From IMG/VR virus record IMGVR_UViG_3300027974_001530: DNA of 64,000 nucleotides, one strand, 5' to 3'. Below the pieces are notes generated by a model, which did not search any database, had not been told where the DNA came from, and saw nothing but the letters and a program-made list of their open reading frames with translations. A program made the translations under genes and the position numbers. Of the stretch, positions 47,804 through 56,364 are shown piece by piece (position 1 is the stretch's first letter; each line of letters opens with the position of its first letter). Source of the stretch: a virus (Duplodnaviria > Caudoviricetes).

Positions 47804-48081
47804 CAGTCAATCATTTTATAAGTTGTTGATTTAACTTTATTGTTTTCGTCAATTTGGTATCTATTCTTATATCCTTCAATTACTTTTAGAGCATCTTCTT
47901 CATTACCATACCTCACAGTAATTGTTTTTGATATTCCAAATGCCTCTCCAATCTTATGGATATTATACCAAACAAGTTCTTGTGTTTGTTTGAATAATCT
48001 TTTTTTGATTTCTAATTTACAAGCTTGTGGTATGTAACCCTTCTCTCCGTTATTTTTTTCTTCAATTTTAATTCTGTACAT
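47803..48081 (-). CDS. hypothetical protein
   Basis: ORF track. Confidence 0.75.
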   Translation of the reverse strand: MYRIKIEEKNNGEKGYIPQACKLEIKKRLFKQTQELVWYNIHKIGEAFGISKTITVRYGNEEDALKVIEGYKNRYQIDENNKVKSTTYKMID

Positions 48082-48090
48082 ATTAGTTAT

Positions 48091-48300
48091 TTAAATATAA
48101 TTTTTTAAAAAATAATTTGTTTTTCCAACAGGAACTCTTAAAACCGAAATAAGTTTTGAGGTACCATTTAATAGTACCATAACACTATATAGTTTATCTG
48201 TGTATTCAACACTATGAACATTTTCAATGGTATATACAAATGCCGATTCATTTGATAAAAATACCTTTTTTTCATTTTTGTCGTAAGTAAGTGTTTGCAT
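48091..48300 (-). CDS. hypothetical protein
   Basis: ORF track. Confidence 0.65.
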   Translation of the reverse strand: MQTLTYDKNEKKVFLSNESAFVYTIENVHSVEYTDKLYSVMVLLNGTSKLISVLRVPVGKTNYFLKNYI

Positions 48301-48303
48301 AAC

Positions 48304-48639
48304 TTATTGTTTTTCAATATTAATTTCTTTTTTAATCTTTGGTTTACGTCCTCGTTTTTTTGGTTTTTTTGATGTAAATTTTTCTTGAAACTTTTTATCT
48401 TTTTCAATGATTTCAATAAATTCTTCCAATGTAAATTCTCTTACTTTATGTTCGTTTGGGTCGTCCATCAAATAATCATAATCTGGTTCTTCCAATGTTT
48501 TACAAAACTCAAGATATCTTTCATAAGATTTTTTAAGTTTTTCATAATCTGTATCGTCTTCAATAACAATCTTTATTGTTTCAGGGAATAACATATTCAT
48601 TCCAATTCCTAAATTCACTTCAATTTTTTTCATTTCCAT
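48304..48639 (-). CDS. hypothetical protein with basic C-terminal tail (KKRGRKPK)
   Basis: ORF track. Confidence 0.75.
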   Translation of the reverse strand: MEMKKIEVNLGIGMNMLFPETIKIVIEDDTDYEKLKKSYERYLEFCKTLEEPDYDYLMDDPNEHKVREFTLEEFIEIIEKDKKFQEKFTSKKPKKRGRKPKIKKEINIEKQ

Positions 48640-48736
48640 ATTTTTTTCTTAAGTATTCTGCCCACGCAGCTTGTTTCCTACCATTAACGAAGAACCACCC
48701 AAAGTCCATCTCAAACCATTTTACAATTTTTCCCAT
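48620..48736 (-). CDS. 38-aa protein
   Basis: Manual translation MGKIVKWFEMDFGWFFVNGRKQAAWAEYLRKKYGNEKN. Confidence 0.55.
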   Translation of the reverse strand: MGKIVKWFEMDFGWFFVNGRKQAAWAEYLRKKYGNEKN

Positions 48737-48740
48737 AATA

Positions 48741-49943
48741 TTATTTATTTTTTAAATCAAATTTTATTTCTTCTGTCAGTACATTTGTTTTTGACCCCAT
48801 AACTTCTTCCGACATTTCATATTTAACATCGTCAGAATAATCTTTTAGTAATTCTTCAGATGTTAATGTACCGTACTTACCTTCAAAACCATTAACATCA
48901 ATCTTTACATTAATATTTTTATACATTCTTTCCCAATATTGTGTTCCATTCAATGAGATTGAAATTTCATTAATAATCTTATATGGGTCCGCATTTGATC
49001 CTGGTCTTCTATCTTCCAAATAACCTTTCCAATTATCTGCGGTTGTTTTTGGGACTCTGATTGATGATCCTCTATCCGATACACCCCAACTAAATTTATC
49101 AATTGATTGTGTCTCAAAATTTCCGGTTAATCTTAAATTATTATCGGAACCATATGATTCAATATGTTCTTTATGTCTATTTTCAAATGATGTGAATATT
49201 GATTTGAAGTATTCTTCCTTGCCATCATTTCTCATTTTGTCGTTTGAAAAGTTAGTATGTAAACCAGATCCGTTCCATTCTCCGTATTTAAGTGGTTTTG
49301 GATGTAGATTAACCCCATAATTATATTTTTCGGAAATTTTATATAAAAAGTACCTGGTCATCCACAAATCATCACCCGCCTTTAATTTACCTTTTGAAAA
49401 TACTTGGTATTCCCATTGACCTAATGCAACCTCAGCGTTGATCCCTGTAATATCAATTCCGTATTTTAAACACATATCCATATGTTCTTCAACAAAATCT
49501 CTTCCTGCAACATATTCACCTACACCACAATAATATTTACCTTGTGGTTCCAAGTTGTTTTCATCGTGACCTAAAATACATTTATTTTTTATATCCTGTA
49601 TAAAATATTCTTGTTCAAACCCAAACCATAAATCTTCTTGTTCTTCAATTAGTTTTGATCTTGTATTAGTTTTGTGTGGAGTACCATCAGAATTCATTAC
49701 TTCACACAACACGTAAATTGTGTTTGTATGATTGTAAAAATAATGTCTAACAGGTATTAAAATACAATCAGAACTACCTGTCTGAGCTTGTTTTGTTGAT
49801 GACCCATCAAAGTTCCATTTTGGAAAATTACCTAAAACCAAACAATTTCTAATTTCTTCGTATTCAACAATTTTAATTTTACTTCTCAAATTTGGTTCTG
49901 GTGTATACCCATCTAACCAAACATATTCTAATTTACACTTCAT
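48741..49943 (-). CDS. glnII: glutamine synthetase type II
   Basis: EYVWLDG, WNFDGSST, WFGFEQEY, GINAEV..GQWEYQV, WNGSGLHTNFS, RLTG..ET, DRGSSIR, YLEDRRP. Confidence 0.95.
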   Translation of the reverse strand: MKCKLEYVWLDGYTPEPNLRSKIKIVEYEEIRNCLVLGNFPKWNFDGSSTKQAQTGSSDCILIPVRHYFYNHTNTIYVLCEVMNSDGTPHKTNTRSKLIEEQEDLWFGFEQEYFIQDIKNKCILGHDENNLEPQGKYYCGVGEYVAGRDFVEEHMDMCLKYGIDITGINAEVALGQWEYQVFSKGKLKAGDDLWMTRYFLYKISEKYNYGVNLHPKPLKYGEWNGSGLHTNFSNDKMRNDGKEEYFKSIFTSFENRHKEHIESYGSDNNLRLTGNFETQSIDKFSWGVSDRGSSIRVPKTTADNWKGYLEDRRPGSNADPYKIINEISISLNGTQYWERMYKNINVKIDVNGFEGKYGTLTSEELLKDYSDDVKYEMSEEVMGSKTNVLTEEIKFDLKNK

Positions 49944-50122
49944 TTATTCTCGTTTATATATTTTATTATTTCCTCTTTTGTTTTTCCCTCATTAAATATT
50001 TTGTAGACATTATGTGAAAATTCATCTGTACTGATAACCGCATCAGCATCCAAATAGGTCATAATATTGTCAACGTTTAACAATATTCCTTCTTTTCTTA
50101 AAAATCTTTTATTAAAACCCAT
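49940..50122 (-). CDS. hypothetical protein
   Basis: ORF track. Confidence 0.7.
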   Translation of the reverse strand: MGFNKRFLRKEGILLNVDNIMTYLDADAVISTDEFSHNVYKIFNEGKTKEEIIKYINENK

Positions 50123-50163
50123 TTGTTAAAAAATAAGAATAATTTATATTAAATTCAATTATT

Positions 50164-51429
50164 TTAAAAATATTTTTTAGATTGTTTTTGTCTGTGGAAT
50201 TTAATGGCAAATCTGTGTACTTCTTCTTGTATTTTACCAAAAAGTGTAAAGTTCTTATAATCCTTTATGTTAAATTCCGTACCGTCTATCTTATGAATAA
50301 CTGAAGACTTATGGTTAGAGTCCTTAGATATTGAAATTAAATCTATCTTATCAGTTAAATTAAGTTTTTCAAACACTCTTTTTGCAACACCTAATTGTCC
50401 TTTACCCCCATCAATTAAAATAAGATCAGGTAGTTTTTGTTTTTCATCAATAAGTCTTTTTAGTCTTCTTTGTAAGATCTCATCAAAAGATGCGTAGTCA
50501 TCAATACCAACAAAACTTTTAATATTGTATTTACGATACTCAGATTTTAATGGAACACCATCATCAAACCTAACCGAAGCCGCAACATTAGAATCTCCTT
50601 GGTTATGTGAATTATCAAAAGCCTCAATAACCTGCGGTATATTTTTCAGATTTAAAATATCCTTTATTTCAAAGATATTTTTTTTGCGTTTCTGAATTCT
50701 TATTACCTCTAACTTATTATCAATTGTTTCCAATACTGTAAGTTTCGATAATATAGTCTGAGCTTTTTCATATTCCGTATTATTTGAATAATGTTTCATT
50801 AATTTTTTTATCTTTGACTTTAATCCATCCAAATCAAGAGAAAGAACTTTTTTAACGTCACGAACTATTTCATTATAGTAAAACTTTTTAATACCATTTA
50901 CGCAAGGGGCATTACATCTACCAAGATGAAATTCTAAACAATTTTTAAATTTTTCTTTTAGAATATTTTCTTCTGTAAGATCGTAAGAACAACTACGAAG
51001 TTCAAAGATATCATGAATAAGATCATATACTTCACGACACAACATTCCTGAAGTAAAATCAAGACTTACTCTATCGTCTTGTTTATCTCTTACTATTTCA
51101 AGTTTAGGAAATTCTTCGTCCGTAAAACATAAGGACCATTTTCTAGTCTTATCATCTTTACCCTTGATATTAAACTTTGGTTTGTATAGTTTAATTAATT
51201 CTTCTTCAAGGATTATTGCCTCTTGTTCTGATGAGGTAATTTTAAACTCAACATCGTGAATGTTCTCAACGAGGGTTTTTGTTTTACCAGTTTGATTTTT
51301 TTGGAAATAAGAGGAGACTCTTTTTGGTAAGAACTTTGACATACCAACATAAATTATTTGCCCTTTGTTGTTTTTAAACAAATAGCAACCTGAATTTTTT
51401 GGTATGTCCTTAAGTCTTTCTAAAATCAT
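50164..51429 (-). CDS. uvrC: excinuclease UvrC-like (GIY-YIG + UVR + RNase H-like), no C-terminal HhH domain
   Basis: GCYLF...IYVGMSK, IEAFDNSH, DDYAS, PDLILIDGGKGQL, EVHRFA; start reassigned to 51429. Confidence 0.9.
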   Translation of the reverse strand: MILERLKDIPKNSGCYLFKNNKGQIIYVGMSKFLPKRVSSYFQKNQTGKTKTLVENIHDVEFKITSSEQEAIILEEELIKLYKPKFNIKGKDDKTRKWSLCFTDEEFPKLEIVRDKQDDRVSLDFTSGMLCREVYDLIHDIFELRSCSYDLTEENILKEKFKNCLEFHLGRCNAPCVNGIKKFYYNEIVRDVKKVLSLDLDGLKSKIKKLMKHYSNNTEYEKAQTILSKLTVLETIDNKLEVIRIQKRKKNIFEIKDILNLKNIPQVIEAFDNSHNQGDSNVAASVRFDDGVPLKSEYRKYNIKSFVGIDDYASFDEILQRRLKRLIDEKQKLPDLILIDGGKGQLGVAKRVFEKLNLTDKIDLISISKDSNHKSSVIHKIDGTEFNIKDYKNFTLFGKIQEEVHRFAIKFHRQKQSKKYF

Positions 51430-51433
51430 ATCA

Positions 51434-51441
51434 CAAAGATA
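51434..51441 (-). promoter_or_regulatory. sigma-A -7 element for uvrC, leaderless type
   Basis: TATCTTTG-N4-ATG. Confidence 0.65.
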
Positions 51442-51450
51442 CAATTTTTT

Positions 51451-51696
51451 TTAGATACTATCAAATAATTTTTCGGGATCTGTGTACATAGTTCCACATT
51501 GGATACAAACTAAAATGTCCAAAGGTTTTACTTTATTTCCATCAATTCTTCTTACACTTTGGATTTTTATTTTATTGTTTTCTCTACAAGAAGGACAATT
51601 CATTAGATCAATCTTTAATACTTCTTCTTGCTCGTTTTCTTGAGTCTCTTGGTTTAATTCTTCATTTTGATTTTCAGGGGTAATGTTTTCTTCCAT
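51451..51696 (-). CDS. zinc-ribbon protein
   Basis: CPSC...CIQC. Confidence 0.75.
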   Translation of the reverse strand: MEENITPENQNEELNQETQENEQEEVLKIDLMNCPSCRENNKIKIQSVRRIDGNKVKPLDILVCIQCGTMYTDPEKLFDSI

Positions 51697-51699
51697 TTT

Positions 51700-51927
51700 T
51701 TAATTTTTAAAGGTGTTATTTATTTCCACAAGTTCTTTACGTTTTAAAGTAATCTTATATTCTAAATCAACAATATAAGGTAAGGATATCATATCATCAT
51801 AATCACACTTACTCATTTGTGTTTTGAAATTTTTTATCAGTTTTTCACAAGTAGTTATTTGATCCCAAGTATTACAGGACTTAATAACCTTTTCTATCCA
51901 TTTTTTTGTTTTACTAAAATCTGTCAT
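51700..51927 (-). CDS. hypothetical protein, paralog of 30184..30423
   Basis: KWIEKVIKSC. Confidence 0.75.
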   Translation of the reverse strand: MTDFSKTKKWIEKVIKSCNTWDQITTCEKLIKNFKTQMSKCDYDDMISLPYIVDLEYKITLKRKELVEINNTFKN

Positions 51928-51930
51928 TTA

Positions 51931-52308
51931 TTAATAATTTATAAATACACAATTCTCTAATTCATAAAGGTGATTTCTTCCTCTTGTCGATCTTACATAT
52001 AAATTTACTATATGTCCATATATTTCAAACTTTTTACGTTCTTCACCTTCTTTAACTGGTTTTAATGATTCCTTAAAATTGGTATGAATTCCCATTATTG
52101 TTTCAACATTTTTAACTTTGTCTGTCCAGTTGGATAACCCATACTTACCGTTATATCTAAACTCTTTACCTATGAGTGATGACAAATCAAAACAATAGTT
52201 ATCATCCTTGTTATCGGATATTAATGGATTTTTTTTACCTGTTAATTCCTCATAGTACGGATTTAACTCACCGGTATATGGATCATGTGTAGGTATTTCT
52301 GTTTTCAT
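51931..52308 (-). CDS. hypothetical protein
   Basis: HDPYTGELNPYYEELTG motif. Confidence 0.75.
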   Translation of the reverse strand: MKTEIPTHDPYTGELNPYYEELTGKKNPLISDNKDDNYCFDLSSLIGKEFRYNGKYGLSNWTDKVKNVETIMGIHTNFKESLKPVKEGEERKKFEIYGHIVNLYVRSTRGRNHLYELENCVFINY

Positions 52309-52493
52309 TATTTATAAAGATTATATAAACTATTTGCAATTAACTTTAATTCTCTTTCAAGTTGTGCAATTTTTTTTCTATCTTCTTCTAAAGTGGTTTC
52401 AGTACTAGCTGCTCTTATTTCAGAAACCTCATTTAATATAAGTCTATGGGTATTCATTAATTTACCCTGTAATATTTTTTTATCTTCACTCAT
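52308..52493 (-). CDS. small coiled-coil protein, similar to 8933..9112
   Basis: ORF track. Confidence 0.7.
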   Translation of the reverse strand: MSEDKKILQGKLMNTHRLILNEVSEIRAASTETTLEEDRKKIAQLERELKLIANSLYNLYK

Positions 52494-52512
52494 GTTTTTT
52501 ATTTATTTTTTA

Positions 52513-52761
52513 TCATTTAACTATTGCCAGTGTGAGTTGATTTATTAAAGTTTGTAACTCACCAAATTCGTGGAATCTTACTGATGGATCCGTATTAAAA
52601 AACTCAACATACCAATTCCCTTCTTTTATTTCCTCGTTAGTTGGTGTAATGAATGTCAACCCATCAACAATGTCCAACACGTAGTAATAAGAGTCATCTT
52701 CATCGTGCTCTTCTATTAGTTCACTTTTAAATCCTAAAAGGATTAGTTCTTTTTCTGTCAT
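52513..52761 (-). CDS. hypothetical protein
   Basis: ORF track. Confidence 0.75.
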   Translation of the reverse strand: MTEKELILLGFKSELIEEHDEDDSYYYVLDIVDGLTFITPTNEEIKEGNWYVEFFNTDPSVRFHEFGELQTLINQLTLAIVK

Positions 52762-52773
52762 ATTATTTATTTT

Positions 52774-52989
52774 TTAATGTGTTCCATTTGTTAAACTTAC
52801 CCCATGTTTAAAACCGTGAATAAAATCGGTTATATCCTCATCAGTCATATCTTTAAATGTCAATCCAACAACAACACCAATTTCATTACCAAGATCCAAA
52901 ATATCACCTGTATAGTTCATTCTGTTAACGGTTTCTTTTAATGAGTTTGCAATGTAATTAAGTTTTGTGTTATCAAATTCCCTACTCAT
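52774..52989 (-). CDS. hypothetical protein
   Basis: Start 52989 preferred to avoid overlap. Confidence 0.7.
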   Translation of the reverse strand: MSREFDNTKLNYIANSLKETVNRMNYTGDILDLGNEIGVVVGLTFKDMTDEDITDFIHGFKHGVSLTNGTH

Positions 52990-52990
52990 A

Positions 52991-53254
52991 TTATTTAGTT
53001 TCAATAATTGTGTATGTTCCTTCAATTACTCCCCAAGAAGATTCTTCGTGAAATTTATAAATCTGACAAGAATCTTGTGGTGACATTTCTCTTGTCAAAT
53101 ACCAAACTTGGGTTTCCTTCCAAGTAACATTAATTAATTTTTGTCCTTTTGGTAATGTAATTGTTCCGTCTCCGCCCCAACTTTTTACTCTACTGTTTTC
53201 TGTACAAGATGTTACCATAACACCCAACATAATTGCCAATAATACTTTCTTCAT
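52991..53254 (-). CDS. small lipoprotein
   Basis: MKKVLLAIMLGVMVTSC. Confidence 0.8.
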   Translation of the reverse strand: MKKVLLAIMLGVMVTSCTENSRVKSWGGDGTITLPKGQKLINVTWKETQVWYLTREMSPQDSCQIYKFHEESSWGVIEGTYTIIETK

Positions 53255-53265
53255 TTTACTATTTT

Positions 53266-53496
53266 TTATTTAAATCTATTATCTTTTAAAACATAAGGTG
53301 GATTAATTCTTACCTCAGATCCGTCACTATTAAAGTAATATGCGGTATCACCATCAAAACTAATTGTATCTGTATACCAAATAGCCGGATGAGGACCTTT
53401 ATTGGTAATAACACTACCTTTTATTTTATACCTATAATCGTTTCTTCCACAGGAAACTACGAGTAATACTATAAGAACACTAATTAACTTTTTCAT
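53266..53496 (-). CDS. small lipoprotein
   Basis: MKKLISVLIVLLVVSC. Confidence 0.8.
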   Translation of the reverse strand: MKKLISVLIVLLVVSCGRNDYRYKIKGSVITNKGPHPAIWYTDTISFDGDTAYYFNSDGSEVRINPPYVLKDNRFK

Positions 53497-53686
53497 CTTT
53501 CATTATTTTATCTGTAAACATATTATTTTCAGGATCATGTTTCCCTAAGTTATATGTTGTAAATGTACCATTTTCAAAGTATATTCTCAACATTAGATAA
53601 CCTAATTCAGAAACATAAATTTTATCAACAGTACCTAATCCTTTAAGGGTTTCTATTAGAACCGGATCTTTCATATTATTCAACAA
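53480..53686 (-). CDS. hypothetical protein
   Basis: ORF track. Confidence 0.7.
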   Translation of the reverse strand: MLNNMKDPVLIETLKGLGTVDKIYVSELGYLMLRIYFENGTFTTYNLGKHDPENNMFTDKIMKDEKVN

Positions 53687-54032
53687 TTATTTTTACTTTT
53701 TTGGTTGGTGCAAATGATACTCCCCAATCTTTTTTTACTTCTTCTTTACTTTCTTCTTCATCTATTTGACAAAACCATTGATTTTGTTCGATTATTACCA
53801 TTTCTTGATCTGTTATGTCAAGTTGTTCAGGTAAAGCGACAATTTTAAATGCCTTTGTTAGTGATAATTTTGAATCAATAATTAAGTTCAGGACTTGTTC
53901 GTTTTCACATTTAACCACACTTGGGAATTCTCCTCCTACGGTAACAACCGCATTGTCCCCTACTTTTATTGGATCAGCGGAAACTAAATAAGTTTTTTGA
54001 TCTATGTTGAATAATCTTACTGTTTTTTTCAT
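53676..54032 (-). CDS. hypothetical protein
   Basis: ORF track. Confidence 0.75.
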   Translation of the reverse strand: MKKTVRLFNIDQKTYLVSADPIKVGDNAVVTVGGEFPSVVKCENEQVLNLIIDSKLSLTKAFKIVALPEQLDITDQEMVIIEQNQWFCQIDEEESKEEVKKDWGVSFAPTKKVKIIVE

Positions 54033-54335
54033 TTATTTTTTATTATATACGTATTTATGGTTGTAGTTTCCGCATTGATCGCAAGATGTTCCTTCATCGG
54101 ATTCTTCAACATTATATTCATATTCATCAGACAAATTAACAATAATTTCGGCAATCACAGTCCAATCATTCATCCCCATTCCACCTTTTAATTCGTGTAG
54201 TCTTGAGATTAACTCATCTTGTATGTCCTCAACTACCTTTGGATCTCTATTGTCGTATTCGTGTATGAACAAAGACTCTCCATCAATTTCTACATCAGGA
54301 CCAAAACAATTTTCCTTTAAAATAATTTCTTTCAT
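54033..54335 (-). CDS. hypothetical protein with CDQC motif
   Basis: ORF track. Confidence 0.75.
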   Translation of the reverse strand: MKEIILKENCFGPDVEIDGESLFIHEYDNRDPKVVEDIQDELISRLHELKGGMGMNDWTVIAEIIVNLSDEYEYNVEESDEGTSCDQCGNYNHKYVYNKK

Positions 54336-54712
54336 TTTTTAAAGTTTAATAAAATACCAACTTCTTGGTTTTTTGTTTCCGTTATCGGTCCCCATTCGCC
54401 TTTATAGGTAATACCTCTTACTGGTTTATTATCAATCCAAACATATTCTTCATCCTCTAAACATCTTGGTTTATCTGTAATCAAGTCATGAAACTTGAAT
54501 CCGTGTCTCCATAACCAAGCAAGAGTGGTCCCTTTATCTTTATACTCTCTAGCGGTAAAAAAAACAATTTTGTTTCCTTCATCGTAAAGTTTATTTATCT
54601 CTTCCTTGGATCCTTCGTATGGTTTTGCAATTGAGTATAGATCACTATCCTCGTTTTTTATGTCATCACATACCGTTCCGTCAATATCAATCAAATAAAC
54701 TCTTTTTTTCAT
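54332..54712 (-). CDS. HAD-superfamily phosphatase
   Basis: LIDIDGT, FFTAR, DKP, WIDNK. Confidence 0.85.
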   Translation of the reverse strand: MKKRVYLIDIDGTVCDDIKNEDSDLYSIAKPYEGSKEEINKLYDEGNKIVFFTAREYKDKGTTLAWLWRHGFKFHDLITDKPRCLEDEEYVWIDNKPVRGITYKGEWGPITETKNQEVGILLNFKK

Positions 54713-55023
54713 AAACTTAAATTATTCATAAAACTCATATCTAAAATATAATCTTTTAAATTTTTTACTAAAGATTCTGCATCACTTTTTTCATACATAC
54801 CAGGGTATCTTTCAGCAAGTTTGTTTGTTTCCTCCATATCACGACAACTATTTAATATATCCTGCAACATAGATTTTAACATATGTTCCTTACTATAATT
54901 GTCCTCAATGTTTTTTTCAAACACCTTACCTTCAAGTTCTTGAGTATATTCTATTAACTCATCAACAGGAGTTAGATCCATTAGATGTTCATTATTTTTG
55001 AATATTTGTCTTATATTTTTCAT
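54709..55023 (-). CDS. hypothetical protein
   Basis: ORF track. Confidence 0.75.
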   Translation of the reverse strand: MKNIRQIFKNNEHLMDLTPVDELIEYTQELEGKVFEKNIEDNYSKEHMLKSMLQDILNSCRDMEETNKLAERYPGMYEKSDAESLVKNLKDYILDMSFMNNLSL

Positions 55024-55204
55024 TTAAAAAATTTTATAGTTCCCAAATACTTTTTTTTTATTAGGGAATTTATAATAAAACCATAACATTACTTTTAATA
55101 TCTGTCTTATATTTTTCATTTAAAAAATTTTATAGTTCCCAAATACTTTTTTTTTATTAGGGAATTTATAATAAAACCATAACATTACTTTTAATATCTG
55201 TCTT
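55007..55204. repeat. perfect 96-bp tandem duplication
   Basis: Sequence from 55007 repeats exactly at 55103; flanked by AATAT(T/C)TGTCTT microhomology. Confidence 0.95.
55024..55119 (-). CDS. 31-aa chimeric peptide created by the duplication
   Basis: MKNIRQILKVMLWFYYKFPNKKKVFGNYKIF; stop abuts next ATG. Confidence 0.35.
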   Translation of the reverse strand: MKNIRQILKVMLWFYYKFPNKKKVFGNYKIF

Positions 55205-55209
55205 TTCAC
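55120..55209 (-). CDS. 29-aa peptide (GTG start)
   Basis: MKRQILKVMLWFYYKFPNKKKVFGNYKIF; GTGA overlap with upstream stop. Confidence 0.4.
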   Translation of the reverse strand: MKRQILKVMLWFYYKFPNKKKVFGNYKIF

Positions 55210-55556
55210 TTCCAAAGTAGTTGTATTATTAATATCATAAATGATAAAAATAAACAAACGTATGTTTTTGTTGTTAGAGGTTCACTAAATACCGCCCAAC
55301 TTAACCACGTAAATACCATTGCCCCTATACTAAAACCTATTAATCTGGAGGGCCACATTTCACCACCAAACGCAGAAATCATATTTTTTACTGAAAACAT
55401 AAATAACATAGATATTGGTATACCTGTTAATACTGTCAACCAATAGTGATCTTTAATCCAATCAAATTTTAGTTGTCCTTGTAGTTGAAAAAATGTTAGT
55501 ATCTGAGCCAAACCCCCAAAAACAATACCGATTAAAAGATTATTTATATTTACCAT
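55206..55556 (-). CDS. four-helix membrane protein (DMT/SMR-like size)
   Basis: Four hydrophobic segments. Confidence 0.75.
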   Translation of the reverse strand: MVNINNLLIGIVFGGLAQILTFFQLQGQLKFDWIKDHYWLTVLTGIPISMLFMFSVKNMISAFGGEMWPSRLIGFSIGAMVFTWLSWAVFSEPLTTKTYVCLFLSFMILIIQLLWK

Positions 55557-55744
55557 ATTTTAATTACCTCAATTATTCTTTTAAAAAAAGTTTTTAATTT
55601 ATTATTTTTTTTTATTTCTTTTTTTGAAAATCTTCCATGATTACCCATACTATCGTAATCAGCACAATCCATATACGCCATTGGTGACGGCATATCGCTA
55701 TATTCGCACCACAAATCTTCTTTATTTATTTTTTTATTTTTCAT
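55550..55744 (-). CDS. hypothetical protein
   Basis: LWCEYSDMPSP motif. Confidence 0.65.
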   Translation of the reverse strand: MKNKKINKEDLWCEYSDMPSPMAYMDCADYDSMGNHGRFSKKEIKKNNKLKTFFKRIIEVIKIW

Positions 55745-56319
55745 CCTAAGTAGTTTAAAATCTTTTCTTTAACTCCTGATTGTTTAATACCTTCATTTGA
55801 TTTTGGTGTTAATACAAAATTATCAATTGCCCATTCATCCTTCCAAGGCTCCCCAATCTTACCCATATTTAAATCATCTATAGAAACCCAGTGAGTTATT
55901 TCAGGGTGATCGTGAAGATATTGTTTAATTTCAATAGTTCGTAATTGTTCTGACTCCCATCGTGGTGACCACATAAATAAATTACCATGAACCGTACAAT
56001 GTTGTATGTTAGGTGTCAAAGCAATTGGTCGTTTGATAATACCCTGACTTTCGTAGTAATCTCCAAGTTCTTCAAGAGTTGCGTGTAATTTCCAATCTGA
56101 ACTTACAACAATTTCAGCTCCCGTTTCTTCAAGTATCTCATTAAGTACCTTAATAGCCTTTGTGTCAAAATCATCAAAACGATATTCAACAGGTGAGTCT
56201 TTTTTTTCTTTACTACCATCAGGGTTTTCACTACGGTATTTTGCCCATTTCTTAGTTCGTCCACCCCAATTGTTGGAGAGACATATAACTCCGTCGTTGT
56301 CTAAAAATATAACCTTCAT
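55741..56319 (-). CDS. HAD phosphatase, Swiss-Army-Knife RNA-repair-like type
   Basis: IFLDNDGV, VVSSDW, WVSIDD. Confidence 0.8.
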   Translation of the reverse strand: MKVIFLDNDGVICLSNNWGGRTKKWAKYRSENPDGSKEKKDSPVEYRFDDFDTKAIKVLNEILEETGAEIVVSSDWKLHATLEELGDYYESQGIIKRPIALTPNIQHCTVHGNLFMWSPRWESEQLRTIEIKQYLHDHPEITHWVSIDDLNMGKIGEPWKDEWAIDNFVLTPKSNEGIKQSGVKEKILNYLG

Positions 56320-56324
56320 AGATA

Positions 56325-56332
56325 CAAATATA
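56325..56332 (-). promoter_or_regulatory. sigma-A -7 element
   Basis: TATATTTG-N5-ATG. Confidence 0.6.
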
Positions 56333-56364
56333 ATAAAAAAATTTTGATTTTACAAATAAAATAA

